The position numbers and the translations under genes were made by a program. Under the pieces are notes generated by a model. The model ran no database searches. It was not told where the DNA came from and worked only from the letters and a program-made list of their open reading frames with translations. This document shows, piece by piece, positions 45,581-52,447 of a stretch of DNA of 62,993 nucleotides; the first letter of the stretch is position 1, and the number at the start of each line of letters is the position of its first letter. Origin of the DNA: an uncultured Methanosarcinales archaeon (GTDB taxonomy: Archaea; Nanobdellota; Nanobdellia; Woesearchaeales; JACPBV01); NCBI GenBank assembly GCA_964492935.1, contig CAZBLF010000003.1, positions 1 through 62,993 of the forward strand, read 5' to 3'.

Positions 45581-46408
45581 TTATTTCCCCATCTCAATTC
45601 TGTGGGCTAGATATCCTGCGAAATCTAATTTGGAAATGAAGGGATCCTTTGTTTCCGATTCATGAACTTTTTCTACCCATTTTTCTTGACCCTGGAGCCA
45701 TTCATTTATTGTTGAGTTATTGAGAGCATCAATATGTCTTTGAACGTTATACTCTACTTTGCGATATTCTACTTTATTGGCATCGTGTAATATCACATAA
45801 CATGCGCGTGAATCTCCGCCTTCTCGTGGTTGTCCTACAGAACCCACATTGATCATATATTTATGTTCGGGCTTTAGGTCTTCTGTTGAGGGGCTGAGAC
45901 AGTGTGTGGGAATACCTTCCTCCTCTTCCCAAAACAAGGGTTTGTGGCTGTGACCTACGAAAGCGAGACGCTCAATATCATCGAAGTTTTTCTTTAATGT
46001 ATCGTCGTCAGTATCTTTATCAATATATACCATCATACTATCTATGGGTGAGGCATGGACGTAAAGAATCTCTCCCTCTTCCAGCGCATCTGGCAATTTA
46101 TTAAGATATTGTAGTGTTCGTTCTCCCTCTTCAGACTGATTAATCTCCTGTTTTGTCCATTCAGCAACTACTGCGGCTACCTCGTTAAATCCGAATGGAA
46201 AATTAATGACGGCACAATCGTGATTTCCCATTACTGCTTTAGGAGCATGTTCTGCAAGCATCTGAGTAACTTCCAGCCAGTTTGGACCGTAGCCGACTGC
46301 GTCTCCTAAGAAAATTATTTCATCTGCTCCTTGTGTAGCAATATCTTCAAGAGCAGCTTCTAGGGCAGGAAGATTTGCATGTACATCAGATATAATTGCT
46401 CGTTTCAT
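45581..46408 (-). CDS. Calcineurin-like metallophosphoesterase
   Basis: 275 aa. ISDVHAN, GDAVGYGPN, MGNHD and VGHSH motifs. Confidence 0.8.
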   Translation of the reverse strand: MKRAIISDVHANLPALEAALEDIATQGADEIIFLGDAVGYGPNWLEVTQMLAEHAPKAVMGNHDCAVINFPFGFNEVAAVVAEWTKQEINQSEEGERTLQYLNKLPDALEEGEILYVHASPIDSMMVYIDKDTDDDTLKKNFDDIERLAFVGHSHKPLFWEEEEGIPTHCLSPSTEDLKPEHKYMINVGSVGQPREGGDSRACYVILHDANKVEYRKVEYNVQRHIDALNNSTINEWLQGQEKWVEKVHESETKDPFISKLDFAGYLAHRIEMGK

Positions 46409-46522
46409 GTTGGGATGATCTCGCTTATAAGTAAAGCAGCTATTCTTCGGTTTTCCTGCTTTACTTAATAATCAACGACAATTGAATTACCGTCGATATA
46501 TCCCCTTTTTTTGATGAAAATT

Positions 46523-47452
46523 CTACTTCTTGCGCTTCTTGGTTTTTTTGATGTCTTTTTCAAGATTTAATTGTTCAAGAAGTTCTTTGTAACGGTTTCT
46601 GATGGTGACTTCGGTTACGCCTGCAACGTCTGCTACTTCTCTTTGCGTGCGTTTTTCGCCATGCATTAAGGCTGCAACATAGAGAGCTGCTGCTGCGATT
46701 CCGGTTGGGCCTCGACCTGATGTTAATTCAGCTTTCTGAGCCTTTTCTAGGATCTCAACTGAGTTTGATTGGGTTTCGGCCGATAGTTTGAGTGCGGATG
46801 CGAATCTTGCGATGTAATCTGCAGGATTGCTGGGTAGGATTTTGATTCCTAGTTCCCTAGTTACGAATCTGTAGGTTCTTCCGATCTCTTTCTTTTCGAT
46901 TCCTGAAGCTTCTGATAATTCATCTAAGGTGCGAGGAACGTCGTGTCTTCGGCAGGCTGCATATAAGGCGCCTGCAACAACGGATTCCATGGATCGTCCA
47001 CGTACTAGTCCTCTTTGTACAGCTAATGTGTAAATACGAGCAGCTTCCTCTTCAACGGATCTTGGAAGTTTTAGGTAGGATGAAACTCTCTTTAATTCTG
47101 CTAGTGCTAATTTAAGATTTCTTTCGATAGCGGTTGAGATTCTGTACTGCCATTTTCTTAATCTGAAGAATTTGTTACGGTCTTTTCCACCTAATTTGAA
47201 AAGATCTCCTTTTTGTCCTACTTCGGTACCTAAACCTTGGTCGAACTGAGTATAGGTCATAGGTGCTCCGGTTCGTCTTCGTGATTCTCCGGTATCTGAA
47301 TCGAATTCTCTCCATTCTTGGGAGAAGTCAACCATTTTATCTTCTAGAACAAAACCACACTCGTTACAGATAATTTCTCCACGGTTTTTATTAAAAGTAA
47401 GGTTAGTAGCGGTACACTCAGGACACTTTTTGATTGCGTTTCGTCTTGACAT
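46523..47452 (-). CDS. tfb: Transcription initiation factor B
   Basis: 309 aa. N-terminal zinc ribbon CPEC..CNECG and two cyclin-fold repeats, followed by a K-rich tail. Confidence 0.9.
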   Translation of the reverse strand: MSRRNAIKKCPECTATNLTFNKNRGEIICNECGFVLEDKMVDFSQEWREFDSDTGESRRRTGAPMTYTQFDQGLGTEVGQKGDLFKLGGKDRNKFFRLRKWQYRISTAIERNLKLALAELKRVSSYLKLPRSVEEEAARIYTLAVQRGLVRGRSMESVVAGALYAACRRHDVPRTLDELSEASGIEKKEIGRTYRFVTRELGIKILPSNPADYIARFASALKLSAETQSNSVEILEKAQKAELTSGRGPTGIAAAALYVAALMHGEKRTQREVADVAGVTEVTIRNRYKELLEQLNLEKDIKKTKKRKK

Positions 47453-47607
47453 TTTTCACCTGGTTACAGTCGTAAAACTCAAAAACATTTAAAAAGGGTA
47501 ACTTTGGACCATATATAAACCTTTCGGTTAGGGCAAAGTTTTTTAAATGTTTGGTGTGGAAATCGGAACAAATACTCTGCATTCTTTCGACGGAGATTGA
47601 ATATACT

Positions 47608-47973
47608 CTACTTAATGCATTTACAAGGTTTGAATCCTTTGTTCAATGCAGAATTTTTGGTTTTGAACGTAAGTTTGGATTTTGGCTTGATATTCTGAGC
47701 AAAAGGACAGTTTTTGAGGTGGAATTTGGTTGCTGATTTGGATGCTAGGAATGTTTTTTCGTTGGTTTTCTTTGCGACTGGAGCATTTACGGTAGCGGTT
47801 TTGGGAGTGTTTAGTTTCTCCACGAGCATTGCGTTTTGTTCCTGAAGTACGGAAATGGTTGCGACAAGGGTAGATTGCTGATGTTGCAGGGCATAGATTT
47901 CTTCCTGCATCTTCATGATGTCGGCTCTAGCTCTTTGGAACGAGAGCATGGTGTTGTGTTCTTGCTGATTCAT
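47608..47973 (-). CDS. Coiled-coil protein with C-terminal Ada-like putative zinc-binding module
   Basis: 121 aa. Q/L-rich helix, then KFHLKNCPFAQNIKPKSKLTFKTKNSALNKGFKPCKC. Confidence 0.5.
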   Translation of the reverse strand: MNQQEHNTMLSFQRARADIMKMQEEIYALQHQQSTLVATISVLQEQNAMLVEKLNTPKTATVNAPVAKKTNEKTFLASKSATKFHLKNCPFAQNIKPKSKLTFKTKNSALNKGFKPCKCIK

Positions 47974-48048
47974 AGTGTAGAAGAAGCAATCTTTTTTTAT
48001 AAAGGTGAGTTATTTTTGAGAAAGAAAAAACGCCACCGCCCGGATTTG

Positions 48049-48136
48049 CAGCGGGAATTAAGAGCTTCGAAACAAGTTTCGAACCCCTCAAACAAAGTTT
48101 GAGATTTCCTGGCCATACAAACCTGCGGTTTGTAGG
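48049..48136. repeat. Family-B element (B2) inside tRNA-Ser fragment copy 1
   Basis: CAGCGGGAATTAAGAGCTTCGAAACAAGTTTCGAACCCCTCAAACAAAGTTTGAGATTTCCTGGCCATACAAACCTGCGGTTTGTAGG. Three internal hairpins: TTCGAAAC/GTTTCGAA, CTCAAAC/GTTTGAG and TACAAACC/GGTTTGTA. Confidence 0.85.
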
Positions 48137-48189
48137 AACCAGGATATCCTTGCGGAAAGTAAAAGAAAAAACGCCACCGCCCGGATTTG

Positions 48190-48277
48190 CAGCGGGAATT
48201 AAGAGCTTCGAAACAAGTTTCGAACCCCTCAAACAAAGTTTGAGATTTCCTGGCCATACAAACCTGCGGTTTGTAGG
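48190..48277. repeat. Family-B element (B3) inside tRNA-Ser fragment copy 2
   Basis: Identical to B2, offset by 141 nt. Confidence 0.85.
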
Positions 48278-48312
48278 AACCAGGATATCCTTGCGGAAAG
48301 TAAAAGAAAAAA

Positions 48313-48432
48313 CGCCACCGCCCGGATTTGAACCAGGATATCCTTGCGGAAAGTGGCTGCCTAGATGCCATACATTTCATTAGAAATTTGGCAATTCAAG
48401 GCCACCGCAATACCGGATTATGCGACAGTGGC
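48313..48432 (-). tRNA. tRNA-Ser(UGA) with 36-nt canonical intron
   Basis: Minus strand: GCCACTG..GTGGC-CT TGA A-[36 nt]-A-GCCAC, long variable arm TTTCCGCAAGGATAT, T-arm CCTGG-TTCAAAT-CCGGG, CGGTGGC, G73. A TTTAAATAA box lies 26-34 nt upstream. Confidence 0.9.
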
Positions 48433-48514
48433 AATAATAGTTTTGGAAAGAGAATGCTTATTTAAAGGTAACTAGTGTTGACACTAGGACCGAGAGTATT
48501 AGTCTGGTATTCTC

Positions 48515-48664
48515 TTACAGAAGGCGCGTTACTACAAAATATCCTACGACAAGAACAATTACTACTCCAATGAGCATTTTCATCATTCCGCCTTTCTTTG
48601 GTGCTTCGCCTACTGGTGCTGCAGCCGCCGGATCTTGTGGGGCCATTTGAGGTTGTTCTGCCAT
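48515..48664 (-). CDS. 49-aa tail-anchored membrane peptide (not in track)
   Basis: MAEQPQMAPQDPAAAAPVGEAPKKGGMMKMLIGVVIVLVVGYFVVTRLL. It has its own TATA box at the leaderless distance. Confidence 0.45.
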   Translation of the reverse strand: MAEQPQMAPQDPAAAAPVGEAPKKGGMMKMLIGVVIVLVVGYFVVTRLL

Positions 48665-48686
48665 GTCGATTTTCGGGAGAAGGAAG

Positions 48687-48695
48687 TATATAATA
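48687..48695 (-). promoter_or_regulatory. TATA box for the 49-aa ORF
   Basis: Minus strand reads TATTATATA, 23-31 nt upstream of ATG 48664. Confidence 0.45.
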
Positions 48696-48709
48696 CTTTT
48701 GTTATCGGT

Positions 48710-50194
48710 TTATCGGATGGTGATGCCATGCTGTGCTTTTGCGATTTCTTTTGCGAATTTCAGACGATGCTTGCTCTCAGCGTAGATAGTGTAGATGATG
48801 TCGTTTCTTTTGACTTTGTCGTTCTTATGATGGTAGAGATAGACGCCTGCTGCGATGTCACGGGGTGCTCCTGCGATACGTGCTATTTTTGAGATGGCAT
48901 CGTTGCTAATGGAGGCAATCTTTCCTGATTTCGTTGCTCGCTGGTCGAATGAGAATTGTGCTAGTTTGATCTTTTCGGGATCGGTGATGCGAGTGCCTTG
49001 CGCTTTGATGATTTCGATCATTTTTTTGTGGGCTTTTCCGGAAGTTAAGAGTTCGCGTGCCATTTTTTGTCCGTTTTTCGTTACCTTGGCCATTTCCAGC
49101 ATCTTTCCTGCTAACTTGATGGATTTTCTTTTGAGATCGTTGGGTGCTTTTTCGTGGTTGGTCAGTACATAGAGCACGTCCTTCGCTTCTAATGCCGGAC
49201 CAATGCCATGACCTATCGGTTGGGTTCCATCGGTGAGCATGACATGGGTTTTCATTCCTAAGGTGCGTGTTATTTCCATGAAATCTTTCTTGAGGATGTT
49301 TGCTTTTCTCGCGGTAGGGATTTTGGAGCCGGGGCCAAAGGGAATGTCGATAAGTAAGTGTGTGGCGGAGACGGATGCTTTTTTTGCGATGACTGATGCG
49401 AGAAGTTGGGATTTTGCGTCAATGGAGAGTGGTTTTTCTACGTGGATAATCTTGTCGTCTGCAGGTGCAAGATTTAAGGCACCTCCCCAGATGATGACTC
49501 CTTTTGTCTTTTTGATGGTTTTGGTTACTTTCTTTAGATTGATACAGACATTTGCGAGGACTTCCATGGTATCGGCGGTTCCAGCGGGAGAGGTGATGGA
49601 TCTGCTGGAGGTTTTAGGTATAGTTAATCCGGCTGCAGCGATGATGGGGACGACGATCATGGTTGTTCGATTGCCGGCGACGCCACCGACACAGTGCTTA
49701 TCCATGACAGGATAGGCATTGGGCTTGAGGATGTCTCCATGTGCAGTCATTTCTTGTGTTAACCAAATGGTTTCCTGACGATCTAGTGAGCGTGAATAGG
49801 CTGCAGCGACGAAAAATGCTAGTTCGGTGGTGTCGAGTTTGTTATGTACGATATCCCAGACGATCTGGTGGATTTCTTCTCGGGTAAGGCGATGCCCTTC
49901 GAGTTTTTTCTTGATGAATTCAATTGACAAGGGTTTGCGTGCAGGTGTTATGGTCACTTTTACTCGCGGATCGAATTTCATTGCTTTGAAGACTTCTTCA
50001 AATAATCCGATCGTGTTTTTAGGGATAAGCTTGCTGGAGGTGATGTTGAGGAGAACGGTTTCCAGTTTTCTTCCTTGTCTGATTTTGATTCGGTCGCTTG
50101 AGTGTAAGTCGAATTGAAGGGCATCCTTTTCGTTGAGCATGGCGACGAGGGGTCCCCCCGTTTCCATATTGAGTTTTTTAATTTTTAGTTTCAT
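48710..50194 (-). CDS. deoA: AMP phosphorylase / thymidine phosphorylase family (archaeal long form)
   Basis: 494 aa. N-terminal extra domain, then DKHCVGGVAGNRTT, SSRSITSPAGTADT and the glycosyltransferase family 3 layout. Confidence 0.8.
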   Translation of the reverse strand: MKLKIKKLNMETGGPLVAMLNEKDALQFDLHSSDRIKIRQGRKLETVLLNITSSKLIPKNTIGLFEEVFKAMKFDPRVKVTITPARKPLSIEFIKKKLEGHRLTREEIHQIVWDIVHNKLDTTELAFFVAAAYSRSLDRQETIWLTQEMTAHGDILKPNAYPVMDKHCVGGVAGNRTTMIVVPIIAAAGLTIPKTSSRSITSPAGTADTMEVLANVCINLKKVTKTIKKTKGVIIWGGALNLAPADDKIIHVEKPLSIDAKSQLLASVIAKKASVSATHLLIDIPFGPGSKIPTARKANILKKDFMEITRTLGMKTHVMLTDGTQPIGHGIGPALEAKDVLYVLTNHEKAPNDLKRKSIKLAGKMLEMAKVTKNGQKMARELLTSGKAHKKMIEIIKAQGTRITDPEKIKLAQFSFDQRATKSGKIASISNDAISKIARIAGAPRDIAAGVYLYHHKNDKVKRNDIIYTIYAESKHRLKFAKEIAKAQHGITIR

Positions 50195-51270
50195 TTTTTA
50201 GTGAGTTTGCCCTCGGCATATAATTCGCTGAGGATGACGAAGGTGGTAAGGATGAGGGGTCCGATGATTAATCCAATGAAGCCGAACATGAGTAATCCTC
50301 CTAGAACGCCCATCAGGATGATCCAGGGATGGACCTTGGCGTGGTTTCCGATGATTTTGGGACGGAGGATGTTGTCGATGCTGCTGACTATGAATATCCC
50401 ATACAGGAGAAGTCCAATGGCAGCTGCGATGGTGCCTGCTTCATTGTTGATGACTCCATCCATGAGTTTGATGAGTGCTGCAGGGACCCAGACGAGTGGT
50501 GTTCCGATGATCGGAAAGAGTGCGAGAAATCCCATGACGATTCCCCAAGATAGCGGTGAGGGAATCCCAAACATGATGAATCCTAGCGCTCCGAGCGCTC
50601 CTTGGATGATCGCTACGATAATATAGCCGTAGACGACTGCGAACGTCGTTTTGGTTATTTTTTTGTAGAGTTTGTCTTTGACACCCTTTTTTAGAGGGAT
50701 TAGTTTTTGTCCTAATTGTGTCACGAGGTGGCCTTCTTTTAAGGCGTAATACATGGTGAAGAGCATGAAGAAGATGCTTAATAGGAACTTAGGTATGGAG
50801 AGGACTATATTGGAAATATTGTCAAGGATGTAGCTGGTGAACTTTTCGATGGAGGATTGAATTTGATATTGGATCTGAGGGTCTTGCATGAAATTGTTTA
50901 ATGGCTGTACCAGTTTACACGCCGTATTGGTGATGTCGCAATCGCCTAATATGGCTTCGGTTGCAGCCACTTTTTGTTTGGACATGAGATATCCGACGTA
51001 GGCTTCTTTGGTGAGTGTGTTGAGGATGAAGATTGTAGGTACTAATAAAATTATTACTAGGAGCAGGCAGGTAATTAATGCAGCAGGCGTTTTTCGTTTT
51101 ATCTTGTTGCGCAGCCATTTATAGATGGGATAGCAGACATAGGCAAGAATGACTCCTCCGAGAATAGCTCCGACAAACGGACGGATGATGAGGAAGGCGA
51201 TGACGGTAAGTACTAATGCTATCGCTAAAAATGCATACTTTTCAAATTCATCTTGGCGTACTGCTGCCAT
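50191..51270 (-). CDS. AI-2E/PerM-family (UPF0118) transporter
   Basis: 359 aa with about 8 TM and a typical C-terminal half (PLVWVPAALI..., SIDNILRPKIIG). 4-nt overlap with deoA. Confidence 0.7.
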   Translation of the reverse strand: MAAVRQDEFEKYAFLAIALVLTVIAFLIIRPFVGAILGGVILAYVCYPIYKWLRNKIKRKTPAALITCLLLVIILLVPTIFILNTLTKEAYVGYLMSKQKVAATEAILGDCDITNTACKLVQPLNNFMQDPQIQYQIQSSIEKFTSYILDNISNIVLSIPKFLLSIFFMLFTMYYALKEGHLVTQLGQKLIPLKKGVKDKLYKKITKTTFAVVYGYIIVAIIQGALGALGFIMFGIPSPLSWGIVMGFLALFPIIGTPLVWVPAALIKLMDGVINNEAGTIAAAIGLLLYGIFIVSSIDNILRPKIIGNHAKVHPWIILMGVLGGLLMFGFIGLIIGPLILTTFVILSELYAEGKLTKK

Positions 51271-51310
51271 AGCTCTTTTTTGACTTGAGGATATATAAAT
51301 TGTTTGGTTT

Positions 51311-51350
51311 CCACGGAGAAGAAATTTCTCCTGGACTTCAGTCCTAAAAT
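51311..51350 (+). repeat. Family-D repeat, copy D1
   Basis: CCACGGAGAAGAAATTTCTCCTGGACTTCAGTCCTAAAAT matches the reverse complement of 52396-52436 at 34 of 39 positions. Confidence 0.8.
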
Positions 51351-51372
51351 AGGTCTGAAGTTTAGAGAAAGG

Positions 51373-51380
51373 TTTAAATA
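51373..51380 (+). promoter_or_regulatory. TATA box for tRNA-Leu
   Basis: TTTAAATA, ending 25 nt before tRNA position 1. Confidence 0.55.
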
Positions 51381-51404
51381 ACGATTTCAGGTCTCAAAGG
51401 ATAC

Positions 51405-51530
51405 GCGAGGGTAGCAAAGCGGTCAAATGCGTGGGACTTAAGCGGAGAGGAGGCCTTGGGATTCTGAGGATTTTCTCCGAAGACATCCCATGGCTTAGTG
51501 CCTTCGGGGGTTCGATTCCCTTCCCTCGCA
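51405..51530 (+). tRNA. tRNA-Leu(UAA) with 42-nt canonical intron
   Basis: GCGAGGG..TGGGA-CT TAA G-[42 nt]-A-TCCCA, 15-nt variable arm TGGCTTAGTGCCTTC, T-arm GGGGG-TTCGATT-CCCTT, CCCTCGC, A73. Confidence 0.9.
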
Positions 51531-51534
51531 TCTT

Positions 51535-52095
51535 TTATTTCTTAAGATGCTTATTAATTGAACCCCTCTCTGGCCCGTTTGAATTCTTAGCGTATTTCGG
51601 GTCTTCTTCGTCCCTAATATAGAAGTTCTCTGGATCGAAATCTTTGAAAAAAATGTAATACTCCCATTGGTCTAGAAACAAAACTTCTGCGTATTTTACT
51701 ATGAATCCTAATTGCATTGCTTGAGAGTATACTCGAAGGGCATTGGCAGTCATTTGTGGTTTTTTTAAATTTCCTTTGTAGGAGGGATCATACCAGTTTC
51801 TTGCTTTAACTTCGTAGAGTTCCAATTGTCGCACTTGATTATTTTTTATTACAAATGAAAAAAGATCAACTGTGTACCAGTTTTCTTTCAGAAACTCTTT
51901 CATTTTATCAGGAACGGTGAAATTTCGTATTTCATCAAGAAATGTTGGTGAGATTTCTCTTGGCCTATGTCCAAAATTAATCTTGTGTTTCACTATGACT
52001 TCGGCGACGTCTCCCTTGAGCGTGCTCCCTTGTTTTTTAAAATTGTATATTCTTTTTGGGTCGAGCCAAGAAGGGTATCTTTTCTCTTTAAACAT
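51535..52095 (-). CDS. PD-(D/E)xK (Hjc/restriction-endonuclease-like) nuclease-fold protein
   Basis: 186 aa. G-x3-E (GDVAEVIV), D (TVDLFSF) and E-x-K (ELYEVKARN) in the order and spacing of the fold. Assignment is by motif only. Confidence 0.45.
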   Translation of the reverse strand: MFKEKRYPSWLDPKRIYNFKKQGSTLKGDVAEVIVKHKINFGHRPREISPTFLDEIRNFTVPDKMKEFLKENWYTVDLFSFVIKNNQVRQLELYEVKARNWYDPSYKGNLKKPQMTANALRVYSQAMQLGFIVKYAEVLFLDQWEYYIFFKDFDPENFYIRDEEDPKYAKNSNGPERGSINKHLKK

Positions 52096-52150
52096 TGATT
52101 TCTTAACGGTTTGTGGCTATATAATTCTTTCCTACTTCTACCTCGAAATC

Positions 52151-52158
52151 TTTATAAA
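52151..52158 (+). promoter_or_regulatory. TATA box for the tRNA-like gene
   Basis: TTTATAAA, ending 25 nt before 52183. Confidence 0.5.
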
Positions 52159-52182
52159 CACTTTGCGAATTCGATGATGTAT

Positions 52183-52315
52183 GCCTCCGTAGCATAGTAG
52201 CTATTGCGTTAGATGAAAGCGATTGTTTTTATCCGCAAAACCTTGGTACTATGCTGAGTATAACTTCAGCCTGGCAAACAGGTAAAGGTCACGAGTGCAA
52301 CTCTCGTCGGAGGCT
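52183..52315 (+). tRNA. 133-nt tRNA-like gene (acceptor stem and T-arm clear, interior unresolved; about 50-60 nt of extra sequence)
   Basis: GCCTCCG...CGGAGGC acceptor with U73. T-arm ACGAG-TGCAACT-CTCGT is preceded by AGGTC. GCATAGTA (10-17) pairs with TACTATGC (65-72) around a 47-nt hairpin. A TATA box lies at -25 and TTTT follows the 3' end. Confidence 0.5.
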
Positions 52316-52323
52316 TTTAGTAT

Positions 52324-52396
52324 GGGCCTGTGGTCTAGCGGCTATGACGCCACCTCGACATGGTGGATATCATGGGTTCAATTCCCTTCAGGCCCA
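52324..52396 (+). tRNA. tRNA-Val(GAC), intronless, with C33 and a U50:U64 mismatch
   Basis: 73 nt in canonical register: GGGCCTG/CAGGCCC, A73, anticodon arm CCACC-TC GAC AT-GGTGG, T-arm ATGGG-TTCAATT-CCCTT. Confidence 0.8.
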
Positions 52397-52399
52397 TTT

Positions 52400-52435
52400 C
52401 AGGACTGAAGGCCAGGAGGAGTTTCTTCTCCGCGT
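52400..52435 (-). repeat. Family-D repeat, copy D2, bracketed by a 14-bp duplication of the tRNA-Val 3' end
   Basis: CTTCAGGCCCATTT occurs at 52386-52399 (tRNA 3' end plus trailer) and again at 52436-52449. The 36 nt between them are the inverted copy of D1. Confidence 0.8.
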
Positions 52436-52447
52436 CTTCAGGCCCAT

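Larger units (their letters stand above)
48031..48312 (-). repeat. Two identical 141-nt tandem units, each a copy of the 3' part of tRNA-Ser with an 88-nt family-B insert in the T-loop
   Basis: Units 48031-48171 and 48172-48312 look identical base for base. Each contains CGCCACCGCCCGGATTTG + insert + AACCAGGATATCCTTGCGGAAAGT + AAAAGAAAAAA. The same flanks are contiguous in the intact gene at 48313. Confidence 0.9.

Noticed and set aside
46430-46465. 10-bp-stem hairpin (AGTAAAGCAG/CTGCTTTACT) downstream of tfb as a terminator
   Set aside because: Archaeal termination does not need hairpins, and the hairpin overlaps the likely promoter region of the next gene. It is a single copy with no other support.
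48049-48136. 88-nt insert in the T-loop copy interpreted as a non-canonical tRNA intron
   Set aside because: With the T-stem as the outer helix, the 4-nt segment after the 5' junction (CUAC) cannot pair with the 4 nt before the 3' stem (AAAU), so no bulge-helix-bulge forms. The fragments also lack the 5' half of the tRNA.
48031-48312. Tandem 141-nt repeats considered as a possible CRISPR array
   Set aside because: The units are contiguous and identical with no unique spacers. The unit length is far above CRISPR repeat size, and the sequence is derived from the adjacent tRNA-Ser.
47927-48383. Track ORFs 47927-48232 (-), 47997-48380 (-) and 48099-48383 (+), with internally repeated peptides
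   Set aside because: They run through the 141-nt tandem units and the tRNA-Ser gene. The 47-aa periodicity simply mirrors the DNA repeat.
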